Shown here in pieces: positions 48,725-58,041 of a DNA stretch of 64,000 nucleotides; positions within the stretch are counted from its first letter, which is position 1, and each line of letters starts with the position of its first letter. This stretch comes from Bacteroidales bacterium (GTDB taxonomy: Bacteria; Bacteroidota; Bacteroidia; Bacteroidales; UBA12077), in the NCBI GenBank assembly GCA_028282585.1, contig JANQHR010000097.1, forward strand, positions 44,638 through 108,637, read 5' to 3'. Under the pieces are notes generated by a model. That model worked only from the letters and a program-made list of their open reading frames with translations. It made no database searches and was not told where the DNA came from. The position numbers and the translations under genes were made by a program.

Positions 48725-49460
48725 CTTTGTCAGAGTTCATTAAATTTACTTCCTTCTCAATTAATTCCTTGACTTCCGAAGCCAACTCATTAGTTTCTTT
48801 ATCCTTAAAATACGCGTAAGAAATCTCGTTTAATATTTTAACGCGTACTTTATGCTTCCCTTTAAAAATGCCATAAGGATAAATTAGCGGATAATCAGTT
48901 CCATGAATAGCTATAGGTAAAATTGGGACCTTTGCTTCTTTTGCAATTTTAAATGCTCCTTCTTTAAAGTTTCCTATTTTACCTGTTTTAGACCTTGTAC
49001 CTTCCGGGAATATAACTATCGTGGATCCATTCCTAAGAACTTTTTCAGCATCAATTATCATTTTTTTAATACTCGATTTGCTTGTTCTTTGTAGTTTTAT
49101 GTCACCTTTTAATTTCATAAACCATCCATAAAATGGAATTTTGAAGACTTCCGCTTTTGATATCCACCTAAATCTAAACCCTAATCTGTAAATTACAAGT
49201 ATATCTTCTTGTGATTGGTGATTTGCAACAACAACTTTTGTTTTATTATTAAGTTTTTCTTTACCAACTAAAGTAACTTTCCATCCAGGGGTTAGAATAG
49301 TAAAAAGGCTACCCCAAAAATTTCCAAAACTATGCAGAATAACCAAATTTTTGTCAATCAAAAAAGTTAACAGCCAAACCAAAAAAAACATTGGTGAAAG
49401 AGTTACTGTTAAAGTAATAATCATTAACCAAACGTAAACTGAGAAGACTATTCTTGACAT
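48714..49460 (-). CDS. plsC: 1-acyl-sn-glycerol-3-phosphate acyltransferase family
   Basis: NHQSQED, FPEGTRS, FKEGAF. Confidence 0.85.
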   Translation of the reverse strand: MSRIVFSVYVWLMIITLTVTLSPMFFLVWLLTFLIDKNLVILHSFGNFWGSLFTILTPGWKVTLVGKEKLNNKTKVVVANHQSQEDILVIYRLGFRFRWISKAEVFKIPFYGWFMKLKGDIKLQRTSKSSIKKMIIDAEKVLRNGSTIVIFPEGTRSKTGKIGNFKEGAFKIAKEAKVPILPIAIHGTDYPLIYPYGIFKGKHKVRVKILNEISYAYFKDKETNELASEVKELIEKEVNLMNSDKDAG

Positions 49461-49831
49461 AAGTGTTTTTCAAAAATAATAAGCTCTACAAAAGTATCGT
49501 TTTAACTTGAAAAATTACTTTTTTCAGTTATGAAAGTCGCTAAAAAGTTCATGAGTTTTTTACTTAAACCATAAGTTTGTAGTCGAAACCGAACTAATTA
49601 TAGTTGTTCGGGGGGTAAGCCTTGTAATTATTTATAAAATATTATAAAATAACTCCGGACAAAGCTGATTAATTATTAAATTATTTCGTTTATGTATTAA
49701 TCAGATTAATTTAATAATTTGTTTTCACTTTAAATTATTTTCAATCTTGGTATATTTTTTGAAAATTATATATTACTTATTAATTTCACGCAGAATAAGA
49801 ACTCTTATTTGACTAATAAAACTCAGGAATT

Positions 49832-50392
49832 ATGAAAACCAAAACCTTTATTATCTCATTGCTGGCTTTTTTTATGAGTTTACCATTAATGGCACAAGAA
49901 GAGCAGACTGAACTTGACACAATTTACATGTTAGGTAAAAGAAAATTAGTTGTAGAAGTAAAAAATATATCATCTTCAATGGTTAGGTACCTTGAACCAG
50001 GTAAGGATGAAGTTATAACTTTACAAAGAAAACAAATTCAAAAAATTGTATTTAGTAACGGTAGAAAAGAAGTATTTAACAAACCGGTTATTATGATGGT
50101 TGAAGAGGGCGACTGGAAAACTGTTATTTTAACTGATAGGAAAAATGATGTTGAAGGATTGTACGAATTAGGAAAGGTTAATGCTAAATCATCTGCAGGT
50201 AGCCGGAATGCAAAATCTGCTAAAAAAAGTGCACGTATCAGACTTCAGAAGAGAGCAGCAAATTTAGGAGGTACAATAGTTCTTATTACAAAAGAACAAT
50301 CGGTTGGTGGATTTGGAGAGCCTCCCACTTATGAAGTAGAAGGAATGGCATACGGTTTTGAACCACCAAAGAAAGAGGAAGAAGAAAATTAA
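49832..50392 (+). CDS. Exported hypothetical protein
   Basis: Signal peptide (LMA-Q). C-terminal LQKRAANLGGTIVLI resembles YbjQ/RcsF-like folds (weak). Confidence 0.6.
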   Translation: MKTKTFIISLLAFFMSLPLMAQEEQTELDTIYMLGKRKLVVEVKNISSSMVRYLEPGKDEVITLQRKQIQKIVFSNGRKEVFNKPVIMMVEEGDWKTVILTDRKNDVEGLYELGKVNAKSSAGSRNAKSAKKSARIRLQKRAANLGGTIVLITKEQSVGGFGEPPTYEVEGMAYGFEPPKKEEEEN

Positions 50393-50397
50393 ATAAT

Positions 50398-50421
50398 AAA
50401 GGGAGTTTAACACTCCCTTTT
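50398..50421. terminator. Bidirectional terminator between convergent genes
   Basis: aaagggagt-ttaac-actcccttt. Confidence 0.8.
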
Positions 50422-50428
50422 GTTTTTA

Positions 50429-52078
50429 TTAGTTTAGTTTACTTGCTTCTTCTATTCCCTGAATAAAGACTAAATCTTTTGGAATTCTGGCTTTCTGGAT
50501 ACTATACAAATCTTGTAATAACTCGTCGCGTATAAATCCTTTACCATCAACAAGCTTTTTTGCTGCGTCATAATTACCATCTCCTTGTATAACCAATATT
50601 TCTTCTGATAATTTCAACATTGCTTCTTTCATTTTATTAAAATCAATTTTATACTTTCCTGATTTATCACGTTCGAAAGCTCCCATTTCCTCAAAATAAT
50701 AGAATCTAATCATATTTGCCACACCTTGATCATTTGAAATTCCGAATCTTACAGAACGGAAAACATCAGCCATATACGTTACATAATTATCCATAAGATC
50801 ACCTTCACTCATTTCTCCCATTTCATATAACTTGGTAACAAAAAACAAACTAAGGATATCATTCTTACATTCAGCAATTACATTGTATTGCTCTTTTAAA
50901 GCATCGCGTATCGTTCCATTTCCATTTACAGTATTTTTCATTCCTAAAGCACTTCCAATTTCGTAAAACATAGTATTTTCGAAGAATGCTTTTGATTTTA
51001 CATGTTTTAGCTGATCTTCATCTATTAATATTTCGCTAATGGGCATTAATATTTTATCAAACTTAGCCTCCATAACATTTTTGAATTGAAGCTTTCGACT
51101 TCCTACTTTTAACTGAACCTGACCATCAATTGGTAATGTAATTGCAATTTTCTTGCTTCCTGTATTCCAATAACCAGAACAATATATAACATCATACACC
51201 ATTATGTCTGATAAATCACCGGGAATTTCAGTTTTATACGTATCATCAACAGGTAAGCTTTTCTGTAAAAAAGGAAGCAAAAGTGAATATTTTTCAAGAT
51301 CCTTACTAAACTTTTTATCTTTTATTAGGATCATTGATTGATAGGATGCTTTTGTATAGTAAAGCCTGTCTTCCGTATCTTCAATTGGCCCCACAATAAA
51401 ATCTATTAAATTATCTTTCATTTCCATCCAGGCAATATCGCTATCATAAAATTTGTCGGTAAGTAAAGCTTCTGCTCGAAATTCCAGGTACTTTTTAAAA
51501 CTTTTATCTTCTGCTAAATCCGCTGCCTTCTTCATTAGATCAGCAATCTTTATCAATTTTTCCTTATAAGCCACGTGGTAAGGTATGGTTATTAGACTTC
51601 CTAACTCATTTCTCCTAACCAGGGTATAAGAACTGTATTTCTCTAAATCAGAAAATCCATCAAACTCCTGAAAAGACATATTTCTGGGATAAAAGTTTGC
51701 TCCATCAAATCTTTTTGGAACACCTTCCACAAATGGTTGCATTCCATTTAATCTATCCCAGGGACCATAATTGATCTCAAAATACCTCTTTACATTGGAA
51801 TCAGTGATTGATTCTTTTAGTTCACTACTTTGCGAATAGGTTTGTGCCCAATAGAGTTCATCAATAAGTTCCGCTGCCTCAAATAAATATGGCAACATTT
51901 TCTTCTGATTCTCGCTTAAAACGTTTAAATCAGTTTCTAGTTTTACATCAGCATAATTTGCTACTAGCCTTTCTATTTTACTTTGGGGTTTTTGCTCGTC
52001 CTTTTTAACTTTCTGCGAACATTGAACAAATATTAACGAGACTAAAATTAAGCAGATGGTTATTATTTTCCTTTGCAT
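50429..52078 (-). CDS. Dipeptidyl-peptidase III / M49-like lipoprotein with a degenerate zinc motif
   Basis: INYGPWDRL, GANFYP, YLEFRAEALL, RSVRFG. The expected HExxH reads YEIGS. Lipobox-like FVQC. Confidence 0.75.
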   Translation of the reverse strand: MQRKIITICLILVSLIFVQCSQKVKKDEQKPQSKIERLVANYADVKLETDLNVLSENQKKMLPYLFEAAELIDELYWAQTYSQSSELKESITDSNVKRYFEINYGPWDRLNGMQPFVEGVPKRFDGANFYPRNMSFQEFDGFSDLEKYSSYTLVRRNELGSLITIPYHVAYKEKLIKIADLMKKAADLAEDKSFKKYLEFRAEALLTDKFYDSDIAWMEMKDNLIDFIVGPIEDTEDRLYYTKASYQSMILIKDKKFSKDLEKYSLLLPFLQKSLPVDDTYKTEIPGDLSDIMVYDVIYCSGYWNTGSKKIAITLPIDGQVQLKVGSRKLQFKNVMEAKFDKILMPISEILIDEDQLKHVKSKAFFENTMFYEIGSALGMKNTVNGNGTIRDALKEQYNVIAECKNDILSLFFVTKLYEMGEMSEGDLMDNYVTYMADVFRSVRFGISNDQGVANMIRFYYFEEMGAFERDKSGKYKIDFNKMKEAMLKLSEEILVIQGDGNYDAAKKLVDGKGFIRDELLQDLYSIQKARIPKDLVFIQGIEEASKLN

Positions 52079-52259
52079 AACTTTGGGTTTTAGGTTATAT
52101 ATAATTAATCTGAATATCAGTTTAAAACAAAGAGAATGGAGAATTATTCAATTAAATATACAAAGAATTCGTTTTCGAGTCAACTAAAACCCGTATTTAG
52201 AAAACATTGTATTGCCTTAAAGTGTTGATCAGTTCTGATTATGTGTATAAAATTATGGG

Positions 52260-53243
52260 TTAAAATAAAGCCCATACAAAATCCTGAAGTTGAATATTTT
52301 TATTGGCAATTTTGTTAAAAGTTAGCTGTAAAGATTTTGATATTGACGATTCTTTATGCTCAATATTTGTCAGGAGTTCTTTTATTTCTAATAAATGATT
52401 GTTTTCAAATATATTGCCTATTAAGTCCACTTTTTTAATTACTCCTTTTTCTACTTTTAACTTTATTTCTAGTTTCTTGTTACCTTGCTGAATGTTTTTT
52501 TCGAAAGTATATTCTGGTGAATATCCATAATTCCATTCCCAAGTTGAATATTTATCCTCAATTAATTTATTAACCTGTTTAATATCGTTATGATTAAATT
52601 GATAAATTTTGGCTTTTTTATTTGTTGACTTGATAAAAGATAAAATCTTATCGCTAAACTCTTTAATCGATATTTCTTCTTTTAAATGATCGAGTATATT
52701 TGTAACCCTGCTTCTTACAGATTTAACACCTTTGTCACTATATTTTAATGGGTTAATTTTTAAAGCACCTGATAAATCTTTTAATTCGGATGAAAATAGT
52801 AATGTCCCATGGTGAAGAACTCTTTTTTTATAAACATGTTCCGCATTTCCGGAAATCTTTTTACCATTTATCATAATATCATTTCTACCCTCAAATTTTG
52901 CATCTATTCCCAGATTCTGCAGCACTTCGATGATTGGTTTCGTATATTTTTTAAAATCAACAAGATTATCATCTTTTTCTGCATTTTGAATGAACGCAAA
53001 ATTTAGATTTCCCAAATCATGAAAAACCGTCCCTCCGCCGGACAACCTTCTTAATACATCAATGTTATTCTTTCTTACAAATTCATAGTTAATTTCAGCT
53101 AAAGTATTTTGATGTTTACCAATAATTATAGAAGGCGTATTTCTATATAGCATAAAACAATCATCGGTAAAATTTCTTAGAATATACTCCTCAGAAGCCA
53201 GATTAAAATATGGATTTGTATTTTCGTTTTGAATACAAAGCAT
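52260..53243 (-). CDS. lplA: Lipoate-protein ligase A
   Basis: PYFNLASEE, RRLSGGGTVFHDLGN, GRND, KISGNA, HHGTLL, SVRSRV. Confidence 0.93.
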   Translation of the reverse strand: MLCIQNENTNPYFNLASEEYILRNFTDDCFMLYRNTPSIIIGKHQNTLAEINYEFVRKNNIDVLRRLSGGGTVFHDLGNLNFAFIQNAEKDDNLVDFKKYTKPIIEVLQNLGIDAKFEGRNDIMINGKKISGNAEHVYKKRVLHHGTLLFSSELKDLSGALKINPLKYSDKGVKSVRSRVTNILDHLKEEISIKEFSDKILSFIKSTNKKAKIYQFNHNDIKQVNKLIEDKYSTWEWNYGYSPEYTFEKNIQQGNKKLEIKLKVEKGVIKKVDLIGNIFENNHLLEIKELLTNIEHKESSISKSLQLTFNKIANKNIQLQDFVWALF

Positions 53244-53249
53244 ATAGAT

Positions 53250-53822
53250 TTATTTAAAATACTTTGCAAACTTTTTTTGAGTAAATTTGTGTGCTACGTA
53301 AACTAAAAATCCAAGTAAACAACCTAAAGCTGCACCGCCTAAAATATCAAATGGGTAATGAACACCTAAATAAATTCTACTATATGAAACTACCGAGGCC
53401 CAAAGAAAAATAAATAAAGAAAAATACCTGTTCTTAAATAAGTTAGATAAGAAAAATGCAACTCCAAAAGTATTTGCTGCGTGCGACGATACAAATCCAA
53501 ATTTTCCACCACACTTATTATTTACCAAATGGACAATATTCTTCAATTCAGGATTATGACAAGGACGTAATCTTTGGAAAACTTCCTTAAAACCCTGGAC
53601 TGAAATTTGATCGGTTAATGTTACAACTAAGGCAATAAAAATTAATGTAATTATTGCTTTCCATCGGAACTTATAGATAATATAACCAACAATAATTGCA
53701 TACATTGGTATCCATGAATTTGTTCCAGTTATCCACCACATAATTTTATCCCAAGCTGGTGAATGAATTCCATTAAGAAAAACAAATAATTGAGTATCAA
53801 TATTTTTTAGAAATTCTAACAT
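53250..53822 (-). CDS. PAP2 family phosphatase
   Basis: K...RLRP, SSHA, SRIYLGVHYPFD. ATG at 53822 preferred. Confidence 0.88.
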   Translation of the reverse strand: MLEFLKNIDTQLFVFLNGIHSPAWDKIMWWITGTNSWIPMYAIIVGYIIYKFRWKAIITLIFIALVVTLTDQISVQGFKEVFQRLRPCHNPELKNIVHLVNNKCGGKFGFVSSHAANTFGVAFFLSNLFKNRYFSLFIFLWASVVSYSRIYLGVHYPFDILGGAALGCLLGFLVYVAHKFTQKKFAKYFK

Positions 53823-53832
53823 AATGTTTGTA

Positions 53833-54819
53833 TTAAACAAGTTGTAACCATATTAAATCTTTTAATTCCTGAATTCCCTTTTGCGATACAGACGAAATAA
53901 ACAAATGAGGAACATCCGGTAAATCTTTTTTTATTTCCTGAATCAGTTCATCATCTAACATATCTGACTTTGTAATTGCCAAAATTCTCTTTTTATCTAA
54001 AAGTTCAGGATTGTATTTTTCAAGCTCGCCAATCAAAGTTTTATACTCCCGGTGAATATCATCACTATCGCAAGGTACCATAAATAAAAGCATCGAATTT
54101 CGTTCGATATGCCGTAAAAAACGTAATCCTAATCCTTTACCTTCGTGTGCACCTTCAATAATTCCAGGAATATCAGCCATTACAAATGATTGCATATCAC
54201 GATATTGAACTATTCCTAAATTAGGTACTAGAGTTGTAAACGGATAATCTGCAATTTTAGGTTTTGCTGCAGAAACAACAGAAAGTAATGTAGATTTTCC
54301 TGCATTGGGGAACCCAACTAAACCAACATCTGCAAGAATTTTAAGTTCTAAAATATGCCATCCTTCTTTTCCATCCTCACCCGGTTGTGCATATCTTGGA
54401 GTTTGATTTGTTGATGTTTTAAAATGTGTATTGCCTAAACCACCTCTTCCGCCTTCTAATAAAATCTTTTCTTCTCCATCTTCAGTAATTTCAAATAATA
54501 CATTGCCTGTTTCTGAATTTTTAGCGACCGTTCCTAATGGAACCTCAATTATTATATCTTCTCCATTTGCGCCTGTTTTTTGAGCACTTGCACCAGCCTG
54601 ACCGCTTGTTGCAAAAATATGTTTGCGATATTTTAAATGAAGTAAGGTCCAAAGTTGAGCTTTCCCTTTTAAAATGACGTGTCCTCCACGACCTCCATCA
54701 CCGCCATCAGGACCACCTTTTGGTATAAACTTCTCTCGGTGCAAATGAGAAGAACCAGCCCCACCTTTTCCTGATCGGAAAAATATCTTTACATAATCTA
54801 CAAAATTCGATCCTGCCAT
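53833..54819 (-). CDS. obgE: GTPase ObgE/CgtA
   Basis: [34 protein letters not shown]. Confidence 0.97.
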   Translation of the reverse strand: MAGSNFVDYVKIFFRSGKGGAGSSHLHREKFIPKGGPDGGDGGRGGHVILKGKAQLWTLLHLKYRKHIFATSGQAGASAQKTGANGEDIIIEVPLGTVAKNSETGNVLFEITEDGEEKILLEGGRGGLGNTHFKTSTNQTPRYAQPGEDGKEGWHILELKILADVGLVGFPNAGKSTLLSVVSAAKPKIADYPFTTLVPNLGIVQYRDMQSFVMADIPGIIEGAHEGKGLGLRFLRHIERNSMLLFMVPCDSDDIHREYKTLIGELEKYNPELLDKKRILAITKSDMLDDELIQEIKKDLPDVPHLFISSVSQKGIQELKDLIWLQLV

Positions 54820-55394
54820 TAATTATATTTTGCTATTACCAAACAAATTTTATCAAAGATAATATCTATTTCTCCATTTCCATTAATTGATTCAAACTTT
54901 CCTTGTGATTTGTAAAATTCTTTGATACAAGATGTTCTATTGTGGTAAATTTCAATTCGTTTTTTTATAATATCCTCTTGTCTGTCATCAGGTCTACCCG
55001 ACTCTTTTGACCGATTTATTAATCTTTCAATCAACAAACTCTCCTCAACTTCAATTGAAATCATTAAATTTACGTCTCCGCCATGTATAGAAAGTATTTG
55101 TGAAAACTTCTCCGCCTGGAAAGTAGTTCTTGGAAAACCATCAAAAATAAAACCATTGGGATTATGATGCATTGATAATTCGTTATGAATAATCTCAATT
55201 GCCATTTCGTCGGTTACATAGTTTCCGTCATCAATCAACTTCTTTGCTTCAATTCCCAAAAGTGTTCCTTCCTCAATGTTTTTTCTAAGAACATCACCGG
55301 TAGAAATATGTGTTAAATTGAATTTCTCAATAATTTTCTTTGACTGCGTACCTTTACCAGCCCCTGGCGGTCCAAATAAAATGATGTTTAGCAT
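54819..55394 (-). CDS. adk: Adenylate kinase (short LID)
   Basis: [26 protein letters not shown]. Confidence 0.95.
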   Translation of the reverse strand: MLNIILFGPPGAGKGTQSKKIIEKFNLTHISTGDVLRKNIEEGTLLGIEAKKLIDDGNYVTDEMAIEIIHNELSMHHNPNGFIFDGFPRTTFQAEKFSQILSIHGGDVNLMISIEVEESLLIERLINRSKESGRPDDRQEDIIKKRIEIYHNRTSCIKEFYKSQGKFESINGNGEIDIIFDKICLVIAKYN

Positions 55395-55500
55395 TTATTT
55401 AATTTTGCTTTTGATTTTAGAATAATGATAAATTCCGTGGAAGTCTAAAATTATGATTTGTTAATTAATACTCAATTTTTTGAAAATATTAATTTGAATA

Positions 55501-56040
55501 TTATTCTATAGCTGAATAAATATCAGGTAAATTTCTTCCAAGTCCATCATAATCCAGACCGTAACCAACAATAAAATCATTTGGGATTTCCATTCCTATA
55601 TAATCAATTTTAAAGTCCTTTTTATAGGCTTCGGGCTTAAACAGTAATGAAGCTACTCCAACACTTGCTGGTTCAAAACTTCTTAATTGTCCAAGGATTT
55701 GTTCTAAAGTAATTCCGGTATCAACAATATCCTCTAAAACAATCACATCTCTTCCCTGGATCGATTCATTTACTCCAATTAATTGCCTTACTGCTCCAGT
55801 TGATGATGTACCTTTATATGAAGTTAATTTTAAGAATGTTACCTCACAAACAAAATCAATGTGTTTAAATAAATCCGCAGTAAACATGAAAGAACCATTC
55901 AGTATACTAATAAACAATGGTAATTCTTTATCAGCATAATCCTTATTTATTTTCTGAGCCATTTGTACTACTGAATCTTGAATTTTTTCAGCAGGAATAG
56001 ATACCTGGAATGTTTTATCTTTTAATTTAATTTGCTTCAT
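55501..56040 (-). CDS. hpt: Hypoxanthine phosphoribosyltransferase
   Basis: VLEDIVDTGIT, FIVGYGLDY..GRNL. Confidence 0.95.
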   Translation of the reverse strand: MKQIKLKDKTFQVSIPAEKIQDSVVQMAQKINKDYADKELPLFISILNGSFMFTADLFKHIDFVCEVTFLKLTSYKGTSSTGAVRQLIGVNESIQGRDVIVLEDIVDTGITLEQILGQLRSFEPASVGVASLLFKPEAYKKDFKIDYIGMEIPNDFIVGYGLDYDGLGRNLPDIYSAIE

Positions 56041-56175
56041 TATTTTTGATTTTTCTGAATGAAATGAACAATTGGGGCAATTTTAAATTATAATATTAGC
56101 TTTGTAAAATATTTGGCGAAAATACAAATTAATGCTTTAAATCTAGTTTAAACTTTTAAAAACTTAACTTAGAAA

Positions 56176-56682
56176 ATGAATCCAAAAGTTAGTATCATCA
56201 TGGGCAGTACATCAGATCTGCCGGTTATGGAAAAAGCAGCAAAAATATTAGATGAATTCAAAATTCCATTTGAGATTAATGCTTTATCAGCACATAGAAC
56301 TCCTGAACAAGTTGAAAAATTTGCTAAAGGTGCAAAGGACAGGGGAATTGAAGTAATAATTGCAGGTGCAGGGATGGCTGCTCATTTACCCGGAGTAATT
56401 GCAGCAATGACTAGTTTACCGGTAATTGGTGTTCCAATTAATGCATCATTAGATGGAATGGATTCTTTATTAGCAATAGTTCAAATGCCTCCTGGAATAC
56501 CTGTTGCAACAGTTGGAATTAATGGAGCACAAAATGCAGGAATTTTAGCAGCGCAAATTATGGCAGCGGGTGATGAAAATTTAAAGCAATCTTTGATTGA
56601 TTATAAAGAAAATTTAAAATCGAAGATAATTAAAGCTAACGAAGAGCTGGCAAAAATTAAATATGATCATAAAACAAATTAA
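56176..56682 (+). CDS. purE: N5-CAIR mutase
   Basis: IMGSTSD, SAHRTP, AGMAAHLPG, VQMPPGIPVATV. Confidence 0.97.
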   Translation: MNPKVSIIMGSTSDLPVMEKAAKILDEFKIPFEINALSAHRTPEQVEKFAKGAKDRGIEVIIAGAGMAAHLPGVIAAMTSLPVIGVPINASLDGMDSLLAIVQMPPGIPVATVGINGAQNAGILAAQIMAAGDENLKQSLIDYKENLKSKIIKANEELAKIKYDHKTN

Positions 56683-56849
56683 AAAAATAATGTCTGAAAA
56701 GTCTTTGGGGTTCTTCGTGACTGCTTTGAGAAACTTTGTGGTAAAATTATAAAAAGCTGTTACACGAAGATACACAAAGAAGACACAATGTTCACCAAGT
56801 AATAAAATCTAAATTAATAAACAATTTAACTTTTCAGACATTATTTTTT
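56682..56849. repeat. 168-bp element bounded by a perfect 21-bp inverted repeat, with inner REP-like (CTTTGTG / CACAAAG) arms
   Basis: aaaaaataatgtctgaaaagt (56682-56702) / acttttcagacattatttttt (56829-56849). Inner cttcgtg..ctttgag..ctttgtg mirrors cacgaag..cacaaag..cacaatg. Confidence 0.75.
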
Positions 56850-57024
56850 ATACCCAAAATTCCGATTGAAAATCGTCAATAGTGTCTTGTAAGATATATT
56901 CTAATTCGTTTAATTCTTCGATTTCCTGATGTGAAGCAAAATCAAGATGCACCTTCTCACGAATATTTTGCATTCTCTCGAAAGCCTCACTAGGGCTCAT
57001 TTCTATAAAATTTAGATTTTCCAT
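56848..57024 (-). CDS. Small acidic hypothetical protein
   Basis: MENLNFIEMSPSEAFERMQNIREK...; ATG at 57024 preferred; no family recognised. Confidence 0.5.
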   Translation of the reverse strand: MENLNFIEMSPSEAFERMQNIREKVHLDFASHQEIEELNELEYILQDTIDDFQSEFWV

Positions 57025-57219
57025 GACTGTGTTATTTAAATTCACTTCGAAAATGACAAAGTCACATTAACAAATCCTTTTATTTGTGTTAATTTTAGTT
57101 CACACAGAACGCAAGATATCAACAAAGTTTTTAACAAATTTTAAATTAGTTTTTGCTTAGTTTTAGAATAAGGAATTAATCGTATCTTCATCGAATAAAT
57201 TTTTAGAAGCCTTGTTAAT

Positions 57220-58041
57220 ATGAACTTAACCTTTATTTACAAAAGATTAATATTTCTCCTTTTAATCGTAATTTTTAATCTTAAATCAGGACTTTCTGCT
57301 CAGAATCATATACTCGAAAAAGGGAAATCCGCTGCGATGGCAAATGCATCAGTCACATTAATTGATGTATGGTCAATATACCACAATCAAGCTGGTTTAG
57401 GATATTTAGAAGATATTTCTATAGGTGCTTTTCATCAATCCGGATATATAAAGGAACAAAATATTCAAGGAATTTCTTTTGTTTTACCTACAAAAACCGG
57501 AACAATTGGGGCATCCTATTCCTATTTTGGCTATTCACAATACAATGAAATGCAAGTGGGTCTGTCTTACGGAAAGAGTTTTTCAAAATACTTCTCGGTT
57601 GGATTACAATTAAATTATTTAAACACTCATATAGCAGGAAATTATGGAAACTCAAGTTCAGTAAATTTCGAAATCGGCATCCTATCCCAACCTATAGAAA
57701 ATTTATTCATTGGTGCTCATGTTTATAATCCGTCACGAAGTAAAATGAGTGATGAAGAGATTCCTACCATTTTTAATTTAGGCCTAAGTTACGTTTTTTC
57801 AGAAAAAGTACTTTTTGCTATTGGAACCGAAAAAAATCTAAACCATGATGCTGTTTTTAAGACAGGATTAGATTACAAATTAACTGAAGTTGTATCATTG
57901 CAAGTGGGTATTTCGACAAATCCTTCAAAATATTCATTTGGTATTGGATTTCACTATATCAACGTCAATGCCCATGTCGGTTTCTCCAAGCACCAAACTT
58001 TAGGCTTCACTCCTTCATTTACATTAAGCTATGGGTTCTAA
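57220..58041 (+). CDS. Outer-membrane beta-barrel protein (PorV/PorQ-like N-terminus)
   Basis: Signal peptide, AMANAS..WSIYHNQAGL, amphipathic strands, C-terminal LSYGF. Confidence 0.6.
   Translation: MNLTFIYKRLIFLLLIVIFNLKSGLSAQNHILEKGKSAAMANASVTLIDVWSIYHNQAGLGYLEDISIGAFHQSGYIKEQNIQGISFVLPTKTGTIGASYSYFGYSQYNEMQVGLSYGKSFSKYFSVGLQLNYLNTHIAGNYGNSSSVNFEIGILSQPIENLFIGAHVYNPSRSKMSDEEIPTIFNLGLSYVFSEKVLFAIGTEKNLNHDAVFKTGLDYKLTEVVSLQVGISTNPSKYSFGIGFHYINVNAHVGFSKHQTLGFTPSFTLSYGF

Noticed and set aside
52243-52251. Single consensus DnaA box TGTGTATAA downstream of lplA
   Set aside because: An isolated 9-mer is expected by chance in 64 kb of AT-rich DNA.
56700-56800. Possible CRISPR array
   Set aside because: Units are short, degenerate and inverted, with no constant repeat and unique spacers, and there are no cas genes.
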